Notes under the pieces: model-generated
What the model was told of the DNA's origin: nothing
Databases searched by the model: none
The model's input: only the letters and a program-made list of their open reading frames with translations
Made by a program: the position numbers and the translations under genes
In this document: one piece after another, positions 53,201 through 63,557 of the stretch
Numbering within the stretch: position 1 is the first letter of the stretch
Layout of the letters: the number at the start of each line of letters is the position of its first letter
Assembly: GCF_001194135.2 (NCBI RefSeq)
Contig: NC_068981.1
Span: 54,388,050-54,451,800 of the forward strand
Direction: 5' to 3'
From: Octopus bimaculoides
Lineage: Eukaryota
Length of the DNA stretch: 63,751 nt

Positions 53201-55242
53201 TGGGGATATAGCTTTCAAATGATTGTGTGGGAGAGAGAGAGAGAGAGAGAGAAAGGTATTTTCTGACCTTGAAAAGCAGGCCTGTCTTAAGGGAAAGTTT
53301 AGTCTACATAAATAATGAACAGACCTCAATTGTAACCTCTGTTTTAGTTTGATAATAACTGTTGTGTCAGATTAGAGACTGTTCCTCCTCATCATCATCA
53401 TCTAATGATAAATTGAATATGCAAATGAGTTTTAACATCAAATGTAGGTTTAATAGATATACTTACAAATACTTAAGTTTTAAGAGTCTCTAAGAATTTA
53501 ATTATATGAAAGAGATATTGTAGAAATATCTTTAAAAATAATTTTTGAACAAATTATCTTAATTTTTTTTTTAATCCTGAATTTATCAGCTGATGAGACT
53601 TTTAGCTAATTTAATGTTTATGAAGTGATAAACAGAATAGAGGTCAGAGAGTGAGGGCGGGAGAGAATGAATGAGTGAGTGCGAGATAGATGTTTACATA
53701 GACTCAGTAAAAGTGCATCACCTATCCAGCCAAGTTATATTAACTATTTTAGTCTCTACCACTGGGTCTACTTTGTGATTAGTAGACAAATAGATTGACA
53801 TTAATCATAACTGACTTTCATCTAAATGAAGAGTTTCTGTTTTTTTTTTTACATTTTATGTTCATCTGAAATAAATAAAATAACAGAAACATTTTCTTTT
53901 AATTTTTCTTTCCTTGCTTGTTAATGTATTGTCAGATAATAAAATCTAAAAATACCAAATCAACTGTTATCTAACGGAGATTCTTCCAGTTTGTAATGTT
54001 TCATTATGTATTAAGTTACTCACTGATTTTCTTGTCAAAAGCTATCTGAAGTATAGCTCTTATGTTATCAGTGATGACTGACTTGTTATTAAAGATAAGT
54101 AATGCTCTACACTGCAAGACAGCTTTCATATCAGTAATACATTAAACATATAAGTGTAGGAGATTAGATAATATATGAAAGGAATGTCTAACAAGATCAT
54201 TGCTCATATCTCAGAAAGTATTAAAAGTTAATCTAGCTTTTATATTATCAAATTATATGCACAGAATCTTTTTGTCGAGTCAACTGGGAATATTTTTATT
54301 GAAAAATTATGGATAATTTGATAAACTAAATAGAAAATTTGAAAGAAAGATGAAAGATGTTATTTTTGTATTTGTTAAAAAATATGATTTCTGGTCAATA
54401 ATAATAATAAAAAGAAGCAGAAATTGTAAATATTAAGATGGCAAATGAACGAAGAAATGCGGGGGGGGGGGACATCTAAACAGCTGAAATTATATTTAGT
54501 TTATTAAAAGAGTGAAAATTCTTATAAAGTCTAAAACATAAGGTAGTGTGGGTAAGGGAGACAACTCCTAACAAGTAAATTGTTAAAAAAGATTAATTTG
54601 CTTGTTCTTAAAGAAAAACTTTGTATCCTTTGATATTGGAATGACAATTATAGCAACAGTGAGATTATTGTATACAGTGCTCAGGTGCACTTCAGTAATT
54701 GCTGGAGAAAATTTTATATTATTTTTTTACCTGTGTTAATATAACTGTTACACAAAATGTATAAAGAATAGAATTCCCTGTTTTCTCTTTCAAATATAAC
54801 TTTTTTCGTTAAGAACAATTAATCTTTATTGTGAACTCTCAAAAACGAAAATAATCTTAAGCGTTAACTTCTTCTTACTACCATTTCAACTTTATTTTTT
54901 AGTTGTTTTATACAAATTTTCAGCCAGCTGAATCCAGAAGCTGGTTTTCACTTCCTGTTTAGACAACTTCACATATTTCTAATGCTTTGGATAAAGACAA
55001 GCTTTGAAAATCTCACTCTGTATGCTTATTTAAGAAACCATAAATTTAATTTCTTATGGAATCTGTTTTCAGGCTTTCATTTTCATTCAAGCTGAAATAT
55101 TTTAAAAGTTGAATTACTTTATAGTGCTTAACATATTAATTCAGAATGAGAAAATTTTTAATTAAAGGAGAATCTCAGCTTTAATATTGTGATTGACATT
55201 TTCTAATCCAGTGCATTTTTTTTCTTCTCTTTAATTTTATAG

Positions 55243-55362
55243 GTTCATCCTGTGGCATTGTGTAATAATGATGACTACATGGCTTATCCGGAACAATGGG
55301 TTGGTGTTATGAAATTAGAAGGTTCACAAATGGCTGGTTGTATGATGTCTATGTATGAAAAG
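55243..55362 (+). CDS. ZNRF3: ZNRF3/RNF43-like E3 ligase, PA-domain exon (equivalent to human ZNRF3 exon 2): VHPVALCNNDDYMAYPEQWVGVMKLEGSQMAGCMMSMYEK
   Basis: Polypyrimidine tract plus AG at 55241-55242, 120-nt open phase-0 exon, donor AAG|gtaaac. Translation matches recalled human ZNRF3 [28 protein letters not shown]...C...K, including both ectodomain cysteines. Confidence 0.93.
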
Positions 55363-55394
55363 GTAAACATATAATTTGATATCTATAACTAAAT

Positions 55395-55800
55395 ACTTTG
55401 AGAGGAGCACATCAAAGAAGCCAATGAGAGAAAATATACAGAGTACTAGATCCTGTTGGAGCAGTGCCAGGATAGATGCTGGACAGAGGTCCCTGTGAAC
55501 CCATGGGGTGGTGGGCTGTAAGAGTTTTACAGGATACTCATCCTGCAAAGTCCTTAACTGATTCGGCATAAGAAAGCTAACAAAACAAGGGTAATTCAGT
55601 CAATGAACAAAGCAACAGAGAAAGCCTCCAAATGGTTTTTGATTAAGGGGTTTGATCTGTGAGTGGATGCTACTGGGATTAAGTTGGAACCTAATCAACC
55701 CTGACAGACTCATTTGAGTGAATGCGTCTGATGTTAAAAATCCTGAAAACCTGATCCTTTCCCCCAGGTCATCTCAGTAGTAATGCAATCCAGCTTAACC
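55395..55800 (+). mobile_element. Hero-like (RLE-type) non-LTR retrotransposon 3' end
   Basis: EEHIKEANERKYTEY*ILLEQC...VVGCKSFTG...MNKATEKASKWFLIK, similar to Hero RLE C-terminus EEAHERK..KY...EVGCRGF...AEKASxWLWxKR, followed by a UTR-like gatgttaaaaatcctgaaaacc. Confidence 0.65.
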
Positions 55801-56854
55801 CAGGAGATATATTTTGAACTAGATCAAGCCACTACTTGGTTGTTAGTCTATAGATTCAACTCTTTTCAACTATGTTGCATAAAATATTAAAATTTTATCG
55901 TGTAGAATAATTTGGTAGATAAATAAGTTAAATATGTTAAATGTGGAATAAATTAAATTTAAATTTGCAATTTCATGATTTTGTAAATTTAACAATAAAG
56001 TTATTCTTTGTAGAACTAAGAAGTTTACAGATAAAATGGCAGAAGATTGATTATTTTCCTAAATTGAATGTTATTCCATAGAGAGGGATATGTAGAGTGT
56101 ATACTGACTTTTAGGTGAATTAATTTGGTAGTGATGGTGACATTGGTAATTTCATTACTGCTGTCACCAACTTCTTCATACTATTACCTTGTCCTTTTTT
56201 CTTTAATGGTACCAATAATAAAAAATAAATTGTAATTTTTATAAATAATATTTTTCTTCAAAAAATAAAAGCAATATAAATAACAAATCTCCCAAACTTA
56301 TATAAGTCTGTCAGTGACATTGTGATAGAGAAAACTAAGATAGAATACTCATGGAATCAACATTCTCTCTAATTTTTCTCATCCACTGTGTAGAACTTAT
56401 GGTTCTTTTGGTAAAAATTATTTTAAATTCAAAACTAGTAAATTGTGTTCCAACTTTATTGCAACCTATCAAGCTCATTTGTAAATTAAAATGAATAGTA
56501 ACAGTTTGATAACACAAAACCAATGTAGGCAGTGCAGCTGCACACCTCTGCAGCTTTGAGAGAACATTTCATAGAAGACATCAAGAGTAGAACTGGTCCT
56601 GTTGAATATTTCTATGTAATTATCATAACCTCTCCTTTTAGAAAATGACAAAATTGCCTATAGACCTACAAACTTGGGTCCTTATAATTTATAAAGTTAT
56701 CACAAGGTTATCCCAAATAGACCAGCAAACATTTTGGTATTTGGTTCCCAAACTTATTTTGCCATGGAATTCTTATATGATTTTCCAAAAGTCATGGAAC
56801 ATGTAGTTACATTTTATGGACAATTCCTTTCACCCTAGAAGAGAAGTTATTCAC

Positions 56855-57190
56855 ATGCTTGACTGGAGCTGGTAAGACTAAGGGCTGCACCAGGCTCCAT
56901 TGTCTGTTCTGACATGGTTTCTACAGCTGAATGCCCTTCTTAATGCCAACCACTCCACAGAGTGTACTGGCTGCTTTTTTTATGTGGCACCAACACTGGT
57001 ATCAATTCTGCTGTGGCAGACGAGTCCTCTTGAGTATAGCAATGTACCAGATATTGCAGCCTTTAGTCATTTTCTTTGTAAGGCTCAGTGTCTTGAGATC
57101 AGCCTTCAATACTTTGTCCAGTCTTCCTGGGTCTCCCTCTTCCACAAATTTATCCACTTTAAGTGATCGGCACTTCTGTATGCAACTGGC
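56855..57190 (-). mobile_element. RTE LINE 3' end ending about 100 nt upstream of the exon-3 acceptor
   Basis: ORF 57002-57205 minus (CIQKCRSLKVD...LDKVLKADLKTLSLT) followed by the RTE tail. Confidence 0.8.
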
Positions 57191-57297
57191 TACATCCATA
57201 CACAACTCCTGTATGTAACTATCTATACACTGTATTGAAACTTCCGTGTTAGAATATGTGACTATCTATTTTAAATATATCTATTCTCTGTTTCCAG

Positions 57298-57372
57298 GCT
57301 GAACGAGCAATTGAGAAGGGAGCAACAGCAATAGTATTTGATATCACAGAAGATCCAGATGCAGCTCGACAG
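57298..57372 (+). CDS. ZNRF3: ZNRF3/RNF43-like, PA-domain exon (equivalent to human exon 3): AERAIEKGATAIVFDITEDPDAARQ
   Basis: tctctgtttccag| acceptor, 75 nt, CAG|gtacac donor. Matches recalled ZNRF3 [25 protein letters not shown] and RNF43 GASAVLFDITEDRAAAEQ. Confidence 0.95.
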
Positions 57373-57417
57373 GTACACTTTGTTATATTTGAATAATTTT
57401 CATATTGTTCCCAGGAT

Positions 57418-57790
57418 TAGTTCTGATTCACTTCTCTTTTGCTTGTTTCAGTCATGGGCTGAAGGGTTTAGTTGAACAAATCAACCAGCCCCAGTACTTA
57501 TTTGTTTTAAAATCTGGTACTTATTCTATTGGGTCTTTCACTGATATGCTAAGTTATGGGGACACAAACAAACCAACACAAATTATCAAGTGGTGGTGGT
57601 GGTGGTGGTTGTGGTGGACAAACACAGAGACACACACACACAATTGGCTTTTACACAATTTCCATGTATCAAATTTATTCATAAGGCATCAGTCAGCCCA
57701 AGGCCATAGTAGAAGAAACTTGTGCAAGGTACCACACACTGGGATTGAATCCAAAACTGTGAGGTTGCAAAGTGAGCTTCTTACCATTTA
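57418..57790 (-). mobile_element. SINE family A copy starting about 45 nt after the exon-3 donor
   Basis: ttgtttcagtcat...ggtacttattctattggg...gattgaatccaaaac...cttcttacc. Confidence 0.8.
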
Positions 57791-58014
57791 TTTTAACGAA
57801 AACCCTGGTATCAACAACTTATTTTTCTACTACTTCCTTCAATTATGATTCCTGTAGTGTACTGAAATAATTTTGTTTTATTTTTATGTTGTATATTAGA
57901 TCATTTATTTTGGACAATTGAAAATAAAAGGGCAAAATACTAGATTAAAGTGTCAAAAGTTACCTAAAAACACTTAAAGTGGAAGTCAGCTTGATTTGTC
58001 ACATTTTACTTGGT

Positions 58015-58795
58015 TTCAAAACACTACAACTCATTCACTGACAATGAAAGAGAATACATCACCAATTCGAGCCAAAACCCAGCAACTTTTATGGTTTACC
58101 AAAAATACATAAGTAAAAGAACAAGGAAGTGAATACATAAAATCACTATATCCAAAAGACTTAAAACTTAAGACCAATTATAGCTGGCCCAGCATGCCCT
58201 ACCCATTGTCTAAGCAATTTCATCGACATTATTTTGAAACCACTGTATGTACCTACATACCCAGCCTCATTCGGGATAGCATCGATTTCCTGTTCCATCT
58301 TCCCAAAACAACCTAAACAAGCTCAATCCTACTGAACTTTGATGTAGTATGCCTTTACACCAATATCTCACATGATTTAGGAATAAAGGTAATTAAATAC
58401 TGGGTAGATAAACATAGAGAAGCAATTTCCAACAGATTCACAGTGACATTTGTATTAGACTCAGACTTATTCTGGAAAGCAACACTTTCTTCTTCAATGG
58501 AAAGAATTACATCCAAATTAAAGGCACAGCCATGGGAACAAGGTTTTCTCCCATTTACGCAAACTCTGTGATAGGATACTTAGAACAAAAACTCTACCAG
58601 GAAATAGAGGTGAGATACAGCACCGAATTTAGGAAGTATATTGAAAAAGCATGGAAGAGGTACCTCAACGATTGCTTTATAATCTGGACAAAATCTCAAA
58701 ACATTGTGAAAGAATTCAGTATCCTTCTGAACAACCTACACCCATCTATCCAATTTACAAAGGAGATGAGCAGTACCAAATTACCATTCCTTTAA
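58015..58795 (+). mobile_element. Penelope-like element reverse transcriptase remnant
   Basis: NFYGLPKIHK, LRPIIAGP, IRDSIDFL, FDVVCLYTNISH, FFNGKNYIQIKGTAMGTRFSPIYAN, WKRYLNDCFIIW, LNNLHPSIQFT...KLPFL. Confidence 0.93.
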
Positions 58796-59134
58796 GTGAT
58801 TGGCACTTCATATATATGTATACGTACATACACATACATGTAACAATATGAACAATGATGGAGAAAAATCACATCCTATATTTAATGGTTGCATCATACA
58901 GGACTGACAATTGTTTCTATTGTGCCAGCATATTTAGACATAAAAAGAAGTACAGAGTACCAATCAGTCCAATATATCTGAAAATGTATGTTATCAAGGT
59001 AATGTGTGTGTGTGTGTGTATTGCACTGGAGAAAAAAATATTGTCTTCTCACATAATAAATCCGAATGTCAGTTCGTCACACTTTTTAAACTTTTCTCCT
59101 AGAGACTGTAGCCCAACATATCATACTATTTTGG

Positions 59135-59700
59135 AATCAGGCTGACTCCATGAGTAAATTAAAAACATTCCAGGTCAAATCTGGACCCGCAATCCTGAAA
59201 TTTTGGATTCCCAAGTTTTCATTACTGCGATTGTTTTCAGTGATTTTTTTGTACGATTTTTATAATCTAAGGGCTGACTTTGTGAGTAAATTAAAAACAT
59301 TCTTGGCTGAATCTGGACCTGCAATCCTGAAATTTTGGATTCCTAAGTTTTCATTACTGCGATTGTTTTTGGCAATTTCTTTCCATTACATTTTGTGACA
59401 AATTTTTTTGTATGATAACAATTTTTATAATCTAAAGGCCAACTCTATGAGTAAATTAAAAACATTCCAGGTCAAATCTGGACCTACAATCCTGAAATTT
59501 TGGATTCCCAAGTTCTTCATTACTGCGATTGCTTTTGGTGACTTTTTTTTTTTTACGTGATTTTTTGTGACAAATTTTTTTGTACAATAACAACTTTTAT
59601 AACTTGGAAATAAATTTTGGGAATAATCGAAATTAATTGCAAAATCCAGTGACTATTTTTGGTGATTTTTTTTACTTGATTTGTTTGCAACAAATATGAT
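59135..59700. repeat. Minisatellite, three 130-165-bp units plus a decayed fourth
   Basis: tgagtaaattaaaaacatt...aatctggacc..caatcctgaaattttggattcc.aagtt..cattactgcgatt; units begin at about 59150, 59282 and 59447. Confidence 0.9.
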
Positions 59701-60072
59701 CATCATTGGGATATGACTCTGGAGGAAGCAATTGCAACAAATTCTCCAAAACAAGTCAGAGATCTGTTTGCTGATCTTCCCATTCAGGGTCAGTGGCTTA
59801 AAAGTTATATACTACCTTAAAAGGGATAATTAATAACATTTTTTATATAAAACTAAGTCATTAACATATCACTGGATATTAAATGTGATATCTTAAAATA
59901 ACGTAAAACCCCACTCCCACCTAGTTGTTTTGCTCTCACATCTTTCCTAATTTAAAAGCAAAATCAATTTTATTTTATTGATAAAACTAACATTTAAACT
60001 TTAATCTTTGTTTCCTTAAACAGTTATTAGACATTTTTATACTGAAAAATCTTTTGTTGCTTTATTTTTTAG

Positions 60073-60243
60073 TTGCGCCGTTCTTCTCAAACACTACTGC
60101 AAAGACCAGTTGTGATTATTCGTGGTAGAGAAGCTGCCAAACTTATGGAAATTGTAAATACTTCAAAAGGGAGGAGAGCGCGTGTACGGATTTGGTTTAC
60201 TACAGAAGAAAGACTTCCCGATTCAGTAAATCCAGTTAGTCAG
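60073..60243 (+). CDS. ZNRF3: ZNRF3/RNF43-like, PA-domain C-terminal exon (equivalent to human exon 4): LRRSSQTLLQRPVVIIRGREAAKLMEIVNTSKGRRARVRIWFTTEERLPDSVNPVSQ
   Basis: tttattttttag| acceptor. Matches recalled ZNRF3 [30 protein letters not shown]. The 3' end is uncertain: in-frame GT donors follow 60225, 60234 and 60243, and CAG|gtacaa was chosen. Confidence 0.92.
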
Positions 60244-60284
60244 GTACAAATATATTTATTTATATTGCTACAACTACCAATACC

Positions 60285-60920
60285 AAGATGGCAAGATGGC
60301 AGAATTGTTAGCACACCAGACAAAATGCTTAGCTGCATTTTGTCTGCCTTTATGTTTTGTGTTCAAATTCTGCTGAGGTCAACTTTGCTTTTCATTCTTT
60401 TGGAGTTGATAAAATAAGTACCAGTCAAACACTGGGGTCGACGTAATCAACTTACACACTCCCCGCAAATTGCCAGTCTTGTGCCAAAATTTGAAATCAT
60501 TATCATTGTTGTCGTTGTTGTTGTTTTATTATTATTATTATTATTAGGGTAGTAAACCGGCAGAGTCATTAGTACACTGGATAAACTGCTTAGCAGCATT
60601 TCGTCCATCCTTATGTTCTGAGTTCAAATTCTACCATAGTCGACTTTGCCTTTCATCCTTTTAGAGTCGATAAAATAAGTTCCAGTCAAGCATTAGGGTC
60701 AATGTAATCGACTAGTCTCCCCCCCCAAAAAAAATTTTTTTTAATTTCAGGCCTTGTGCCTTTAGTAGAAAGTATTATCATTATCATTCTACCAAGGTCG
60801 ACTTGGCCTTCCATCTTTTCAGGGTCAATTAATTAGGTACCAGTGAAACACTGGGGTCAATGTAATCGACTAGTCTCCTACCTCAAATTTCAGACTTTGT
60901 GCCTTTAGCAGAAAGGACTA
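60285..60920 (+). mobile_element. Three tandem SINE family B copies (about 60285-60495, 60546-60780, 60788-60920 partial)
   Basis: Repeated gttcaaattct...gactttgcctttcatcc...ccagt..aacactggggtc. Confidence 0.85.
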
Positions 60921-62558
60921 TATTATCAAAGATACAATTATGATATTAATTCTTAAGCTAAAATGAAACATCTGCAGTCAGAGTCTTATAATTATATTTA
61001 AGCATTAATTTATAGCTTACAATAAGAAATTTTGTATCAAGTAATTAATTAACTGCATTGAGTTATTTCTCTGAGGTAGGTACAGTTGACACTATCAACT
61101 TAAATTTGAATATAGCTATTTCAGTTTTATGTTTAAATAGATATTATTTAAAAGAGATAATCAACTACAAAATGCCTGCTTAATTCCTATTATTTCTTCG
61201 TCACTTCTGAAGTTTAATGGTTTGGATTAATCTTTTGTCTTATGAAGAATTAAAAAACATTTTTATAGGTTATAAAATGAAGGAAATATTTCCTTTGTGT
61301 AGCTTTCTGCTGATAATGTTGGTGGCAATGCAAATGTATACATACAATGTGTGAGTGTGTGTGTGTCTGTGCATACCCTCAGATATGTACTCACAGAAAG
61401 ACACACACAATAAATTTGTGTAACAGGGAAGTTGCACAGATGATTATGAAACAAACTGGATGCTTTGCAGTACCATCATCATTTTTATGTCTTCATTCCA
61501 TGCTGCAATGGGTTGGACATTCTAATAGGATCATATGGGTCAGTGAACCACTTCTTGCTCTGGTGTCTCAATTAAGGCATGGTTTCTATGGTGCTTTTTT
61601 TTTTGTAGCCCCAGCACTAGTGAGGGAGGATAGGAGATAGAACAGTTGCTTTGTGCAAGGTGTTAAGAAGTTAAGGTATGATAAGGGGAACAGGAACAGG
61701 TATGTTGTTGTAGAGGAGATTCATGGTTACCTTGCATTTTACATGGGTGGGTGGGGATAGCTTTTGAGTGGTGCAAGAATGTACTCTCAAGGTATCATAT
61801 CCAAGAAGGTTAACAGAAGAGAGCATGGCAATGAAAAAAATTAGGAAATATCTAGTTTGATATTTTATTATTCTGAGTCTTGTTGGAGTCAACTTAACAA
61901 GAGAGAATTTTGGTAAAATAATAACTAGTAACAAGAAGTATCAAGATTATATTAAAAAAATGCACTGTATATAGTAAAGGAAGTGGGGACCCACACATTA
62001 ATGAATCTTTTAATGTATTAAAACTTCTCAGACAAAATATGAAAATTTCAATAAGATATTGCTTATCCGTGTAAATGATTTATTTCAAATAAAGAAAAAG
62101 GGTTATGTGTTCTTATATGAGTAAACTAAAATAGTAAGACTTAACTAAAAAGAGTTTTTAAAAAATAATTAATAACATAGTTAATGATCAAGACAGCTGC
62201 AAACAAAAAGAACATTGTTTTTTAAATGAAGAATCATTCATATAATACTGATTTTTATCTTATTATTTTAACTAAGCTAAATCTTGTTTACTGAGAAGTT
62301 GCCTGATTCACTATAAAAATAATGTTTTGCATTCAAAAGTAACATTCATATTTTAAATCTATTGTAATCTTTGAAATGTTTTTAAAGAATTGCTTCATAA
62401 TAACTACTATTTTCCTATCATTTTTTTGTATATTATTGTTTATTATCTGATATATTTCAATAACGTTTTTGCGACATGTATATTTCATATGCTTATATGA
62501 AAATTTAAAAACACAGAAGTAACTAAATACATTCCCTTTTTCTCTCTATTTTTTTTAG

Positions 62559-62630
62559 ACAATATATCGAGCAATCGTTGTAACAATATTTATAATATTC
62601 TTTTTCGTGTGTCTTTCCATTTTGTTAAAG
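62559..62630 (+). CDS. ZNRF3: ZNRF3/RNF43-like transmembrane exon: TIYRAIVVTIFIIFFFVCLSILLK
   Basis: Long pyrimidine tract plus AG at 62557-62558, 72 nt in phase 0, strong AAG|gtaaga donor. Hydrophobic helix ending VCLSILLK, comparable to ZNRF3 VCLILLVK. Confidence 0.88.
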
Positions 62631-63108
62631 GTAAGAACTTTTGTATTTTCTACATACATATTAAGGTTTCCTTTGAAATTAAAATAGTCATGTTTACAGA
62701 AGAAATGGGTTTGAGTCCCATAGGCAGCCTTTAACTTTTACTATCCCAAGGGTTTTTTAATCCTATATTTACTTGCTCAACTGTTAAAAACAAATTTTTT
62801 CACATTCTTTCAAAGTTTATAAATTCTTGTGACATAATTATTAAAGTTTCATTATGACAAAATAGCATTTTTATCAACTTCAAACTATTATTATAACTAA
62901 CCTTGCTTGTACTAGCCTTATAAAATTTTCTTTCAACACTACTATTAATAAATAGTAATTATTCTACAAAATAGAATTAAGATTTAAAATCAGAAATGAA
63001 CAAAAACTAGATAACTTTTGTCTTATTTTGTTGGAAAATTTAATAAATTAGATATTCTAGTATTTGTGTCTCATTGTCCTTCTATAGAAATTTATTTTAC
63101 TTTTACAG

Positions 63109-63132
63109 TGGAAATTCCGTCGGGAGAGGCAG
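63109..63132 (+). CDS. ZNRF3: ZNRF3/RNF43-like 24-nt juxtamembrane micro-exon: WKFRRERQ
   Basis: ttttacttttacag| acceptor and CAG|gtaagc donor. A GC-rich 24-mer in very AT-rich flanks. Aligns to ZNRF3 IKLKQRRSQ, which ends at the human exon boundary as recalled. Confidence 0.8.
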
Positions 63133-63557
63133 GTAAGCACAATATAACTTCTAATATTCAGTTACATTTTTGTGTTAGTTTCTGCTCTCTGTAAATGTGT
63201 ATGTACGTATGTATGTGTGTGTATACATACACATGTGCATACGTGCACATACACACATGCATTCTCATACTTACATGCACATGTACACACATACATTTTG
63301 AAGTCAAAACAAACACATTGAGGAGCAACCAAAAATCTGCAATAGTAAAATGAAAGGATTTAACAACTGCATCATGGTAGAGTCATGATAGCCATTTAAA
63401 ATATACACATTCCATTATATTCATTTTTATTTTATTTTGTAATAACTTCAGTCAAAACATTTTGTCATACAGTAGATGGAATTGTGTGAGGAACCTTGTC
63501 ATACTTTGTCACTGACACTATTCCACTACAACAAAAAAAATAAAATAAAAGTGATTA

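Noticed and set aside
53630-53720. GC-box-like gagggcgggag in unique sequence as an alternative promoter
   Set aside because: A single short motif with no CpG island, initiator or transcript evidence.
59135-59700. CRISPR-like repeat/spacer pattern
   Set aside because: Eukaryotic context, units far too long, and the spacers are related T-rich sequence; no cas genes.
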